A DNA stretch of 64,000 nt from a virus, in IMG/VR virus record IMGVR_UViG_3300030107_007542, positions 96,001-160,000 of that record. The stretch is one strand, 5' to 3'. The position numbers were made by a program, and so were the translations under genes. This document shows, in pieces, positions 1 through 11,000 of the stretch. Below the pieces are notes generated by a model, which made no database searches, was not told the DNA's origin, and saw nothing but the letters and a program-made list of their open reading frames with translations. How positions within the stretch are numbered: position 1 is the stretch's first letter; every line of letters starts with the position of its first letter.

Positions 1-1291
1 ACTCTTTAATGGCTGCACTAGAGGAAATAATTGCCGAACCAGTATTTCGAGAATCGCTACTATAGCCAGTCCAGGCGCCATTCGAAACGCGGCCGGAATA
101 ATCTAGAACCGTGCTATCCACGGAACTGGTTCCGGTGATTCCCTCGTTAAATTTATAATAGACCCCCAAATTGGTGTTGGCCACTTCAGTGGTATCCATG
201 AAGGGCATGGGATCATTATTGACACCGCCTCCGACTTGCGTAAACCAAAACCGACCGATTTCCTGACTGCTTCGTTGAGTTTTCCAGTATCGGAACTCAT
301 CGATTGATCCGGAAAGCTTTCCGGCGTACTGTGCGCCTCCGCCGAGGGTTGTCACGAGGGCACCCATCGTGGCTTGCATCGCTCCAGTTACTTCACTCAG
401 AGCATCGCTACCGAGAGTAGATTCTTGATTAAGCGCACCGTCAACATATACGCGGCTAGTGATACCTGCACTGGCATTTTTAAAGGAGAAGGCATAGTGG
501 TGCCAAGCCGAATCAGCTATAGTAACAGAACTACCGATCGAAGATTCACTTACTCCGTCGGAACCCGAAAGGAGAGTGGCCAAGAAAACCGCACCCCCTT
601 CGTTTGTTGAATTTAGGGCCAGAGAAAGGCGCCCATAATGAGCCTGCCCTTCTGCGACTCCATTCCACATGTCGAACAAAACCTCTTTGGTGGTCAGGGA
701 GGACGCATATGCATCCTTCTTCATCCAAAATTCTACTGTTACACCGTCTCCCGATAAGTCATACTTGAGATTAGAGGTACGATTTGAGCCGGTATCGTAA
801 TAGTTAGATCCCGTAAATTGCAGATACAGCGGCGACATGCCGTCGGGGTTAGGATTGGGGCCGCCTTTAAAATAAATATATTCTAAAGAATTGGGCAGAC
901 CATAGCCATTCTCCAAGGTACCATTCCTGGTTCCCCAACCATCAGCCGACAATAAGCCATAACCAGTACGACGTGGATAAAGATTGTTAAGAATATAAAG
1001 GTCGATCTCTGTCGACTCATTTTCCCACTTAAGGCGCTCTCGAAGCGAGCCATCATACGGGTAGGTCTTATAAATTCTATCTAATGATTCACCATAATAC
1101 TTCTCGGCTGAGCCATACCGAGCAAAATTAGAGGCAGTTGTATAATCAACCGCAGGAATAAACCTGCGCTCCTTAATGATATCCTGTTTTTGGTATTCCG
1201 CAGACTCTACTACCGACCCAACCTGCTCTGCAGATTGATCGGAAAGTGATTTAAGAGTTTGCGCTTTTTCAAAAAGATGTTTAAAGCTCAT
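1..1291 (-). CDS. LamG/concanavalin-A-like jelly-roll virion protein (partial, runs off left edge)
   Basis: Not in the ORF track because no stop lies in the window. Manual translation from ATG 1291 gives MSFKHLFEKAQTLKSLSDQ...YPYDGSLRERLKWE...VTVEFWMKK...WHHYAFSF...RVYVDG...LSGSIDEFRYW, which are LamG hallmark motifs. Confidence 0.8.
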   Translation of the reverse strand, partial: MSFKHLFEKAQTLKSLSDQSAEQVGSVVESAEYQKQDIIKERRFIPAVDYTTASNFARYGSAEKYYGESLDRIYKTYPYDGSLRERLKWENESTEIDLYILNNLYPRRTGYGLLSADGWGTRNGTLENGYGLPNSLEYIYFKGGPNPNPDGMSPLYLQFTGSNYYDTGSNRTSNLKYDLSGDGVTVEFWMKKDAYASSLTTKEVLFDMWNGVAEGQAHYGRLSLALNSTNEGGAVFLATLLSGSDGVSESSIGSSVTIADSAWHHYAFSFKNASAGITSRVYVDGALNQESTLGSDALSEVTGAMQATMGALVTTLGGGAQYAGKLSGSIDEFRYWKTQRSSQEIGRFWFTQVGGGVNNDPMPFMDTTEVANTNLGVYYKFNEGITGTSSVDSTVLDYSGRVSNGAWTGYSSDSRNTGSAIISSSAAIKE

Positions 1292-1298
1292 ATCCTAA

Positions 1299-2852
1299 TT
1301 ATTCATCAACCCTAAATTTAAACGTTTCTGATTGCTCCACCCAAGTTGCTATACTACCATTATAATAAGAGAATTTAATCCCATACATGTATCCAGCCTC
1401 TAATTCCATCATATCCAGATCAAAATAATTACCGCTCACGTCATAAGAAAGATAAGTAGAATACTCGCTGCCGGTACCATACGGAAGCACCTCATAGTCG
1501 TCAACCATTCTCAAAATGCGATACGATGCACTCTCAATTATCTCCGTGGGATTAACGCTTGTAGCCACCGTATAAATGGTGGGACTCCAATTCTTATCTC
1601 GCACGAAAGTTCTAAAACGTACAGTCTGATTCCTTCGATAGGAAGGCTGCAAATTCTTAATGGCCGTCACCCTCTCAAACGTTGGGGCGCCTTCAAAGTT
1701 ACGGAAAGTTTTAGTGACCACAGAACCAGTCTTATATTGAATTGACCCTGTTGGTAACGACGTCCACACATCGAACAGTTTAGATGGCGCGCCGTTAGCT
1801 GAGGATGAGGTCATGCAAACAGAAGCCGTATAGATTCCTGTGCTGATCAAGCCGCCGGTGACGCAAACAGCATTTCCGGCGCCTGCCCCCGAAAGAGCCT
1901 GGATCCCAGATGGTTTCGTATTTCCAGCATTCCCCGAGTAGAAAGAGACATACAGAAGGTTATTGGTAAGATTGGGAATATTAGTGAGCTGCCCGCGAAC
2001 ATAATTATACAAATAGATGGTGTTCAAGTTGTCAATTGCCGGAGCCATGGAGCTACTATAATAAAAGGATCCTCTCTCATCGGTAACCCGGGAGTCCCAG
2101 CGCGCCTCGATCCACGGGCGCTTAAAGAAATATTCACTTGAACGAGCAAAAAACTTCTTCGTATAATAGGATGTCTCTGCGCCACCGGTGTTTGCAATAA
2201 CACCATGAGCTGCGGCGGCGGCGGCATATGCTTCCTGGCTGGAAGTTAAGAAAATACCTAATCCATAATTATCAACATGCTTCGCGGAGCCGGAGGATTG
2301 CATCCATCGCTCTACGGTCGGAGTAATGTTGATCTCCAAATCTTCATAACCTAACTCAAACGTCTGCCGATAAACAGGCGAGTCGGAGTCTTCATTGTCA
2401 TCTCGATAATCTCCGCCATTATTTGCCCATGCAACAGTAGTAGAAGCGGACATCCAATTAGATTTTCCAAGATCGGAATACTCATCCATGTCTAGTCCAG
2501 TACCTTCGGCCCAGGACCGAGATACCGAGGCCACAACCAATGTAAAATCCTGAGGCAATGTCCAGGGGTGCTTGGCGTTGCTCAATTTAAGAAAGAAGTT
2601 AACACTTCCAGAAGCCGGAATAGTGCCAGCAGTACGATCAGCAGCAACAGTAGAAACGGGAAATTGTATAAGTATTCGAGAAAGCTCTTGAGACTGTCCT
2701 CCTGCGGAGGATGAATTTTGTCCATATATCGAGAAAACTTCTAGGGAATCGGCGTAACCCATGTTGGAGCCCGAGCCGCGATTACTCAGATTAGATTTAT
2801 ACGCATTAGTAATAGTATTATCGGCGCTGGCTGTATACCTCTTGAAAGCCAT
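1299..2852 (-). CDS. Putative virion structural protein (tail/baseplate region)
   Basis: 517-aa beta-rich, Ser/Thr/Gly-rich ORF translationally coupled to the baseplate wedge gene. No specific motif recognised. Confidence 0.55.
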   Translation of the reverse strand: MAFKRYTASADNTITNAYKSNLSNRGSGSNMGYADSLEVFSIYGQNSSSAGGQSQELSRILIQFPVSTVAADRTAGTIPASGSVNFFLKLSNAKHPWTLPQDFTLVVASVSRSWAEGTGLDMDEYSDLGKSNWMSASTTVAWANNGGDYRDDNEDSDSPVYRQTFELGYEDLEINITPTVERWMQSSGSAKHVDNYGLGIFLTSSQEAYAAAAAAHGVIANTGGAETSYYTKKFFARSSEYFFKRPWIEARWDSRVTDERGSFYYSSSMAPAIDNLNTIYLYNYVRGQLTNIPNLTNNLLYVSFYSGNAGNTKPSGIQALSGAGAGNAVCVTGGLISTGIYTASVCMTSSSANGAPSKLFDVWTSLPTGSIQYKTGSVVTKTFRNFEGAPTFERVTAIKNLQPSYRRNQTVRFRTFVRDKNWSPTIYTVATSVNPTEIIESASYRILRMVDDYEVLPYGTGSEYSTYLSYDVSGNYFDLDMMELEAGYMYGIKFSYYNGSIATWVEQSETFKFRVDE

Positions 2853-4642
2853 TATTTAATACTCCCCTTAATGTCTGTATTTGGAAACTTCATTTCAAAA
2901 ACAACGTTCTCTTCTGCTAAAATACGCAGGTTATCTGCACTAGTGGCGGCCCTAAAATCATAAGAGTCGCCGCTGTAATTGGATCCTGTTTTCTCAACGA
3001 TCTTGACCTTAATGACATCCAGCAATCCTTCTACCTTATTAAGGGTCTTATAGATATCCGAGATATTGATGGATTCTCCGATATCATAAGAATGCGCAAA
3101 CTTGGCTGCTAAAGCCCTGGAGGCCGCATTAATAACATTAAAACGATTTGCGTTCAAATCGATTGAGACCTCATATTCAATTCCAAAATTAATAATTTTT
3201 GCATCTAGTATATCAATGGTATCATTAACCATTTTATACTGTGCTAACCAATTTTTAAGGTTAGTTTTTAAGGTAGAGTTAGCAGTCACCAATTTACCAC
3301 TAGCATTTTCCGAAATAACATACAGGTTAAGATTCCGCTTAAATGCATCGAAGTCACGAACAATCGCAGCGCGTTTCACTTTGCCGAACTTGGCCGGCAT
3401 GCCGTAACTAATAGCTTTATAATCTTCGCCAGTGACTGCGCGATTTTGTGTTGCAAAGTAACTGTAGGCCCGTTGTTTAATTTCGTCTGAATCTGGGAGT
3501 GCAACACTTCCTACAAATTGTTCCTCGTTCACTACCTGCAAAGATTCTGTCACGCCGGCTCTCTTTGCTGCTGTTAAAAGATTCTCTTCTTTAAAAACTA
3601 TAAGCGCGCGACTTACTTCGTTGATGGAATTTACTGAGGCGTTAACATCAGTGGTGGTGTTATATCGAAATGAAATTATTAAATCAGTGTTGGCCGGTGC
3701 AATGCCAAACTTATCTGTGTCCAGAAGTTTTGTGGGATCGAACCCGGCATCTGTTACATAGTCACGGCCGTTCATGTTCAGCATTAAATTCGAGGGGTCG
3801 ATTACCGATCCATTGGTTAATTCAGAATCAGACCCATATCCAAATTGTAAAAACGTTTTGCCGTTTTCAAACTCAACTGTAAATCGGCGAGGAACTGGAA
3901 AAGGCTTAAGAATATTAGGAACAGTGGCTCTGGTGGTGGTGGTGTTTCTCACGGCTTTATAAATAACATTCTGCGTGAGGTGATCCACTTCATAAAACCT
4001 ATGACCCTCTAAGTCATAAACACTCACAACATTATTAATTTTGGCGATCGAAAGAGGCACGCGGCGGAAGCGTTCAAAATTTCCGATGCTCACCTTGTCT
4101 CGGCCCAGGCGACCGGAGACCGCGCGACCTTGAGCACGAATAACGAAATGAGTGGGGGCACCAGTGGTGCTCGCATCACTCACAACAATTTGATTTTGTT
4201 CTTTTGCAAAATCAACGTCGTCTACCAAAGTATAATAACCGCCCGCATCGGATGTAAATTCAGAGCCGGCCTTTAATACCGGAATATAGTTGGTATCGGG
4301 GCCCTGTGTAGTAGTAGATGCTGGTACCTTAATATAAAAGGTTACTACACCATACGAAGAATGGTTGGGGTTAAGCTTGAGACCCATTTGGCGAACGAGG
4401 CGAACTACATTGTTATATTCAATCGCGGTATCGAGAAAGGTTTCATTAGCTTGATAATCGAGATAGAAGGAAAGAATGTCTCCGATATAAGAAACAGTAT
4501 CCAGCATGAGAGAGCCGAAGCCGGCTTCACTGAAGTCTCGATAAGTATTTGGATAATAGCGGCGCGCAAAGTTCTCTAGATCGCGACGGATAGATGCGAA
4601 ATCTCTACTAGTATAATCAATGGCTTCTAACTTCTTTGACAT
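2852..4642 (-). CDS. Baseplate wedge subunit (T4 gp6 / baseplate J-like)
   Basis: N-terminal IDYTSRDFASIRRDL...SLMLDTVSYIGDILSFYLDYQANETFLDTA and C-terminal QNRAVTGEDY motifs typical of gp6-like wedges. Confidence 0.88.
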   Translation of the reverse strand: MSKKLEAIDYTSRDFASIRRDLENFARRYYPNTYRDFSEAGFGSLMLDTVSYIGDILSFYLDYQANETFLDTAIEYNNVVRLVRQMGLKLNPNHSSYGVVTFYIKVPASTTTQGPDTNYIPVLKAGSEFTSDAGGYYTLVDDVDFAKEQNQIVVSDASTTGAPTHFVIRAQGRAVSGRLGRDKVSIGNFERFRRVPLSIAKINNVVSVYDLEGHRFYEVDHLTQNVIYKAVRNTTTTRATVPNILKPFPVPRRFTVEFENGKTFLQFGYGSDSELTNGSVIDPSNLMLNMNGRDYVTDAGFDPTKLLDTDKFGIAPANTDLIISFRYNTTTDVNASVNSINEVSRALIVFKEENLLTAAKRAGVTESLQVVNEEQFVGSVALPDSDEIKQRAYSYFATQNRAVTGEDYKAISYGMPAKFGKVKRAAIVRDFDAFKRNLNLYVISENASGKLVTANSTLKTNLKNWLAQYKMVNDTIDILDAKIINFGIEYEVSIDLNANRFNVINAASRALAAKFAHSYDIGESINISDIYKTLNKVEGLLDVIKVKIVEKTGSNYSGDSYDFRAATSADNLRILAEENVVFEMKFPNTDIKGSIK

Positions 4643-4660
4643 ATGTCTACCTCGCTATAA

Positions 4661-5044
4661 TTAGTCCAAGTTTGTATCAAGATGCAGAGTTCCTGTCATC
4701 TGCAGTGGTACAATCTTATACGTAATACTTACGCGCATATCATGAGGATAAAGATCCGGGCTGTTTTCTTTGTCTCCAAACTCTATTTTTTGAATCTCCA
4801 GAAAGGACATATACCTCGAAACTTGCTCCCGAATACGAGATGCAATATCTTGATAAGTAAAATTATCATTCAGCTCAAATAAATACCTTTTAAGTCCCAC
4901 ACCAAAATTAACATCCATCATTCTTTCCCCGGGAACCGTAAGAACAAGCATTTTCAAGTTTTGTCTTACCAGCGCAGGATAGGTGGTAATCATGTCAAAC
5001 CTGCTTGATTCGATAGGTAATAAAGGTGTTAAGCCATTTGCCAT
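4661..5044 (-). CDS. Baseplate wedge subunit (T4 gp25 / GPW-like)
   Basis: VRQNLKMLVLTVPGERMMDVNFGVGLKRYLFE is the gp25 signature. Start moved to ATG 5044 (MANGL), which follows GAGAGGA. Confidence 0.9.
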   Translation of the reverse strand: MANGLTPLLPIESSRFDMITTYPALVRQNLKMLVLTVPGERMMDVNFGVGLKRYLFELNDNFTYQDIASRIREQVSRYMSFLEIQKIEFGDKENSPDLYPHDMRVSITYKIVPLQMTGTLHLDTNLD

Positions 5045-5082
5045 TTGTCGTCCTCTCAATAATTACTTAAAAAAGATGTTTT

Positions 5083-8000
5083 TTAACAAACATTCGAACT
5101 TTGTCCGTCTGCTGCGTTCTGCTGCGAGTTTCCGGTTCCCGATTCTGCGTCCACTTCATCATTGTTTTGTCCTTCTTCTAAAAGCATCAGTAAGAGATAA
5201 ATTATACCCAATGGGCTCGGCGGCATGCAGAACAAGCCGACGATAGTCCCAGTGAAATCAACACCTCTGGTTGTCATCTTCGGACCGAGAGAAGGAGCCT
5301 CTAGAGGCCCAGGTGGATCAGGAAGGGCGTTAGTAGCTTCTGCATTCATAGTATTAAGGCCGCAGAATGCCAAAGCCAATAACTGTTCGCCCTCAAGATC
5401 CTTCAGCATAGGCTTGATAGGTGACTCGTCTGGCTGTACGGCCACCGCAACGTCAATTCCTTGATCGATGGCATCGATAACAAAAGAAAAGACCTGACCA
5501 GTGATTTCACGAACAATCTTCCAAATCGCCACATGAGGATCAATCATCTCTGCCAAGCCCTTAAGAATCTTAATTGGCGTCTCGCGGAGCATTTTCATAA
5601 TGAACTCGCGCGCGGACATTCCCATATCGGATTCGCCGGCGGAGCCTAGGCTGTTGGTCAGCGCCGTGGAGGCGCTGTCCTCCGGGCCACCTACGGGGGG
5701 AGCCATATCCGTTCGAGACATCATCCCAAAGAGATCCAGTATCACTTGCTTGGTTGTATTAAAATTATCTTCAATTCCCTCAAAGAAAGTGTTGGTAAGT
5801 CCCAAGTTATAAAGGAGCGGCACCATCAAAATCATCTCGGGGTTAAATGTTTGAGAGATAAAACGAGAATATTCCACATCTTCCTTAATACGAGGAACGT
5901 GGACTGCAGGGGACGTACGATTAAATCTCTTGATCTTATCAAGCCTACTATCCATGGAGGTGCCTGTGTTGGCGTTATTAGGGTTTGGGTTCGTTGCAAG
6001 GCCGGTAACCATGCTAGCAGAGGGAAGCGCTTGATTTGAGTTGGAACTTGCGGCGTTAGCCTCTAGTTCATTGGGATTAAAATCACCTATAGCGTAAATA
6101 TCCACCGTTAAAAGGTCCCCTAGAATCTGGGCTCCAGGGTTCGACGCATCCAGATCTGTCTGCGCTGCGTCTAGAATAGAATCATGTCCAACCGCGCGGC
6201 CTTGCAAATTCATTGCCTTGACCATAAGGTTTCGTACGGGCCCTGATCTAAACGACTGAACAAAGGGAGAATTGGATTGATCCCAATCGTTCTCTGCCGT
6301 ACTGCTGCCGCCGCGGTAGTGCGGGAAGTTGAACATTAATTTATAGCCTACCTTCAAGTTTTCAAAAATCGGAAGAGTTCCTTCCGTAAGTTCAATAAGA
6401 TCAATAAAATCTACTGCAGTGTTAGTGCGTACTGGCATGGCTCCGCCAGCGGAGGAGCCCAATATATCTTGCAACGTTAAGACATGGCGGGGGAGGCTCC
6501 CATCGGGGCGCGCACCAACCGTAGCCTGGTGCCAGTCGACGTGAGTGGTGTGACCAGTGACATGGATCCCGCCGGCGGCGAACCAATCCTGTACGGCGTT
6601 CTCCCAGGAGGTGTCCCAGGCGCCCTGCGCTCTTTCAAGCTCACGCGGATGCCAGGGAACCTGGACCTCAGAAGAACTAAGATCTTCCCAGTTTGAAATT
6701 CCATCCCAGTATGCATACTTGGCAAAAAAGACTCGGCCCTCACCAGATTTCATAGGTGCATTTTTGCGCCCATAAGGCGCCTTATAGATTCCTAAAACCT
6801 CTTTAATAAAAATGTCTTCATAACTCGAATCAGCGCCAGTGGTGCTTAAGATATTATTAATAGACTGCATCGTATTAACCATCTGACCACAAACCTCATA
6901 AGTAAAGCCCATGCGCTCTTCAATCAGATATTGAATTATCTTACTAAATGGTAGACTATTCATATCGGTACCCGTTTTGAGGTATGGAACTACCGTATCG
7001 CGTGCAAAGGAGTGGGTGATACCTCCAGCTGCCATGGCCCTGGTCCTATTCAACATTTTCTCAAATCGATCCCGCAAAAAGACATCCAGGCCTGCGCCGC
7101 CTTCGCCCAATTTAGCTGATATCTGGTTGACCATGCTTGTCATGAACAACTCTCGCAAAAGAGGCTTTTCAAAAATTTCCTCAAACTGAAATGCACTGAC
7201 AACAAAAATATTCTTTATTAAGAATTCAACAATATAAACCTGGATGAACAGATTGATGAGTCCCATTTTTAGGGCGTCTCTGGCGCAATCTTTCGCGTCT
7301 CCCTCATCATTGCAGGCTGCTTCGCCAAAATCTTCTTTAAGTTGGGCCAATATTCCCCTAACATCTAGTAGATCGCCTGTCTGGGCTGGGTCACAGTTTG
7401 TGTTGTCTTTAAAAAGATTTAAAGAATTTAACTTTGCCAGGGTAAAAATTCCATTTCGCTGGATGTACCCAAAGATTCTTTTCACCATTCCATTCATAGC
7501 TGTTGGGAACACTTGCTTTTGCAGCTTATTTTGTAGATATTTCTTGTTAGCTGCGCTCAGTGGTGCATCCGCAAGGCTTATCAGTTGCTTCTGGAGAGGG
7601 TATGTAAAATTAAAGATATAGGGATTGAAATCGCTCTCTGTCCCGAACCCAGACACAGCATCTTCAGGATCTGCGCCGGCGCCGTACAGAGGCGTAAAAG
7701 AAGGGTCGTCGACGATGCCCTCAAGCCAGCCTTGCTCGACGCCGGGGAGCAAACCATTTGGGATTCCCATACGGAATGGAGGTCGGCCGGCCATAATATC
7801 ATTGTTGGAATAGAATTCCAGATTGAGTGGGTCGATCTTTGGCACGACTTTACTCAAGAATCGATATTGCATTCTTAATCGCCCGTATTCGTCGTTGGTC
7901 TTGTCCGTCAGCATGCGCGAGTAATAGGTTTGGTCACCACCGGGGGATTCCGTCCGAGTACGCCACACATTATTCGGCTTATCACTACCCGCTATCTCAA

Positions 8001-11000
8001 CATACTCCGGAGGCGTTTGTCGTGCCATGGCCATGAAATTATTATAGAAATTACGCGAGAAGACATACGTCACGTTGGGAGGTGACCCACCACCGTCGTC
8101 CATTGTAGCCTTAATATCAGCAATCTTATTATTTACATCTGCTATGGCGGCTTGCGCTTCACCACCTTGGGCTAAAACATCTTCAATGATGCCGTTTATT
8201 ATAGGAAGCATTTCCTCGAATGCCTCCAGGCTACCTCCGAGCTTATTCAGATTAACATCGGGACAGACCTCCGGGTCGATGTTAAGTCCCACATTAGATA
8301 TCTCTTCAAAAATATCAGACAAAGTAGAAAGAAACCTAGTATCCATCTTAGGTGGATCAACACAATCATCTCCCACTTTTCCATGCACACACAGTTGTTT
8401 TAAAGCTTCATCTACCGCGGGATTACCACCACCACCATTAGCACCCCCGGCCCCAGCCACAACCTTGGGCTCTAGTAGAGTAGCTCGGCTGGCCTCTACT
8501 GAGTATACAAACTGCATCTTTACATTGTCAACGGTGCTATTAAAGATGGAAGGAATAACACGGTCTATGACGGGGTTAGCCAAAAATTGAGGGTGCTCGG
8601 GACATAAAAGATTCGGTAGAAGTGAGCTAGGGTCAATTGGAATGCCGTCATTTAACATGGAAGCGAGCTTTTGAATGCTCTCTTGGTCAGCCAGAGGAGA
8701 AAGATCAGCTTCATTTAAACAATAGTTCTCTATAGCTGCTCTTAGGTCCACATCATTTATCAAATCATTGCAAACCGTTTCCATGTTGGCAAGAGGTGCC
8801 AAAGCGCCGAAGAACGACAGAACAAGGTTGCGACTCTGAAGAACTTGAATTTGTGGCTCTGGCCATGTTGTATTAAAGATAGCAATTTTTTGAATTGTGG
8901 TATCTTGCACATCCGCACGAGAATTGAAGAGGCGGCATACCTCCAGAGGTGTAAGGACCGCGCTCACTGCTGACAAATAATCAAAACCCCTGTCCTGATC
9001 TAAGCCAAACTGGTCGAAGGCGTTGTTAAGCAGATCCTCCATGTCTGGAGTTATGGGAGGGCCGCCTTTCAAATTATCCTTCATTGCTTGGGCTGCATCA
9101 ACCGCACCCAATTGTTCAGGGCGGTTCAATAGATTATCACAATTAAATTTAATTATTTCAGCTAAGCCCGAGACGAGATCCATTGCTAATTCCATTAAGA
9201 TTTCCAAAAGCATGTCAACAATCTGCTTCCACAATGGAGGATCACCGGTGATCGGATTGGGTATTACTATCTCTGGAAATTCAGGAATCTCTAGGAGCGG
9301 CTTAGGAATTTTTGGAGGCTCATAGTCCTCTATCATTTGAGCTATATCTAATCCTGAGTTTATTGCATCTTTGATCCTATCAAGCGAAAAATTAGTTCCC
9401 ATTGTTAGGCAAATCAATGCTTCACCAATTAACTCGATGATTCCAAAGCGCGCGAGGACTTCGTCCATGATCTCCAGAGTATCCCGAACCTGCTTAACAC
9501 CACCCCCTTCTCTGGAAGATGTCCTATCGCGAGTTAAGTCTGCTCGCGCCCGGTCCAGGACTCGTTGCGCGTCTTCAATACGGAGACCGTCGCCGGAGTC
9601 CATGGCAGCCTGTAGATCCTGCTCAGCAGTCTCCACTTTGCTCTCTAACTCGCGTCGTTCTTCCACTGCGGCAGAAATCCCCTTGGCTTCCTTAACCATG
9701 GCGATAACATCATCAATGACCTGTTTAATGGGAAATTTCGCTTCAAAGGTTTTGTTTGCGTTTTCTAAGAACAAAGCCGCTTGCGCGTCTGGGTCATTAA
9801 GAGCAACTTCTAAAGCTGCTACTTCTTCGGATCTCAAAAACGTGCTCAAAGTGGCAGCGAGCGCGACCGGGTTACTTACATCAAGTTTGGTGGAACTCTC
9901 GGCAGCCTGAAATATCGAATTGTACAAAAACGGGTTTACACCAGGAGGTGCAGGCGCTTGAAACTCTACCTCTATTGAGGCGCCATCGTCCGATGACAAT
10001 CGAACGGGCGCAGCGGCCGTCATCAAAGCGGCAGGAGTCAGGCCGAGAAGTGGCCCATATGTACTCTGGATAAATTCAAGTAATGAACTGAGGCCCGTGG
10101 TTCCGCGTGCATTCACATCAAAATCGGAAATTATCCTACGATGATTTCTTAGCGTCTCTATCAGCCATGGATCTTTCGCAGTGCGGTTGTACTTAATGAG
10201 AGAAAACAAACCGATCTTGAGAGCCCCCATTTCAAGGCCATCTAAAGTATCCAACTCATAGGTAGCAGAAAGGATGTTTTGATTAGGCCCAAGTTGAATT
10301 CGAAGGACATCATCGTCTCCTAGAGTACCAGAGTTCTTACCCGATAAATTCAAATCACGACGGACTGCGGCGACCAAATCTCCCACAAACATCCGTATCT
10401 CTGTACTGATTGCTTCCAGATCTAAAGGAATCTTCAGAGGGGCAGGATAACGTATAATCTGCTTATTATAGGCATTGAGTGTTGCTGTCAGGTCTCGGGT
10501 CATCTGTGCAGCAGTTCCCAGATTAATAATAATCTCGCCTCCAGGGTTACGCTGATCGGATTGATAATATTGCTCTATAAAATATTGTCTTGCTTCCGTG
10601 TAGCTCGGAAATCCAGAACTATATGAAGGAACCCCCGGAGTTTGGCCCGGGAGCAAACAAGGATCACCACTTACTGCAGCCTGAATTGTAGCGGTCGTCG
10701 CATTTGCAGCCTCTTGCACTTGAGGGTTATATTCTCGCAAGCCTTGGCGTATTCGCTTAAAATTTATGGTGCCAGGGGAGGTCATAAAATAATATTTAGG
10801 TGCGATAGGCGATGCGCTATCAAGATCGGCGGCGCCTTGATCGGATTTTATAAACTCAAGATTAGCAAGAATTTGACCACGAATAGTGTTGTAACTGTCT
10901 GTGGCACCGGTCGGGAGCGAAGGTATCGTTGGCTGCGGGGATAGGCTAGCTTTCGACTGGCGCTTACCCTTTTTAGCGGAGCGTCGGGACGTCTTAGGCT

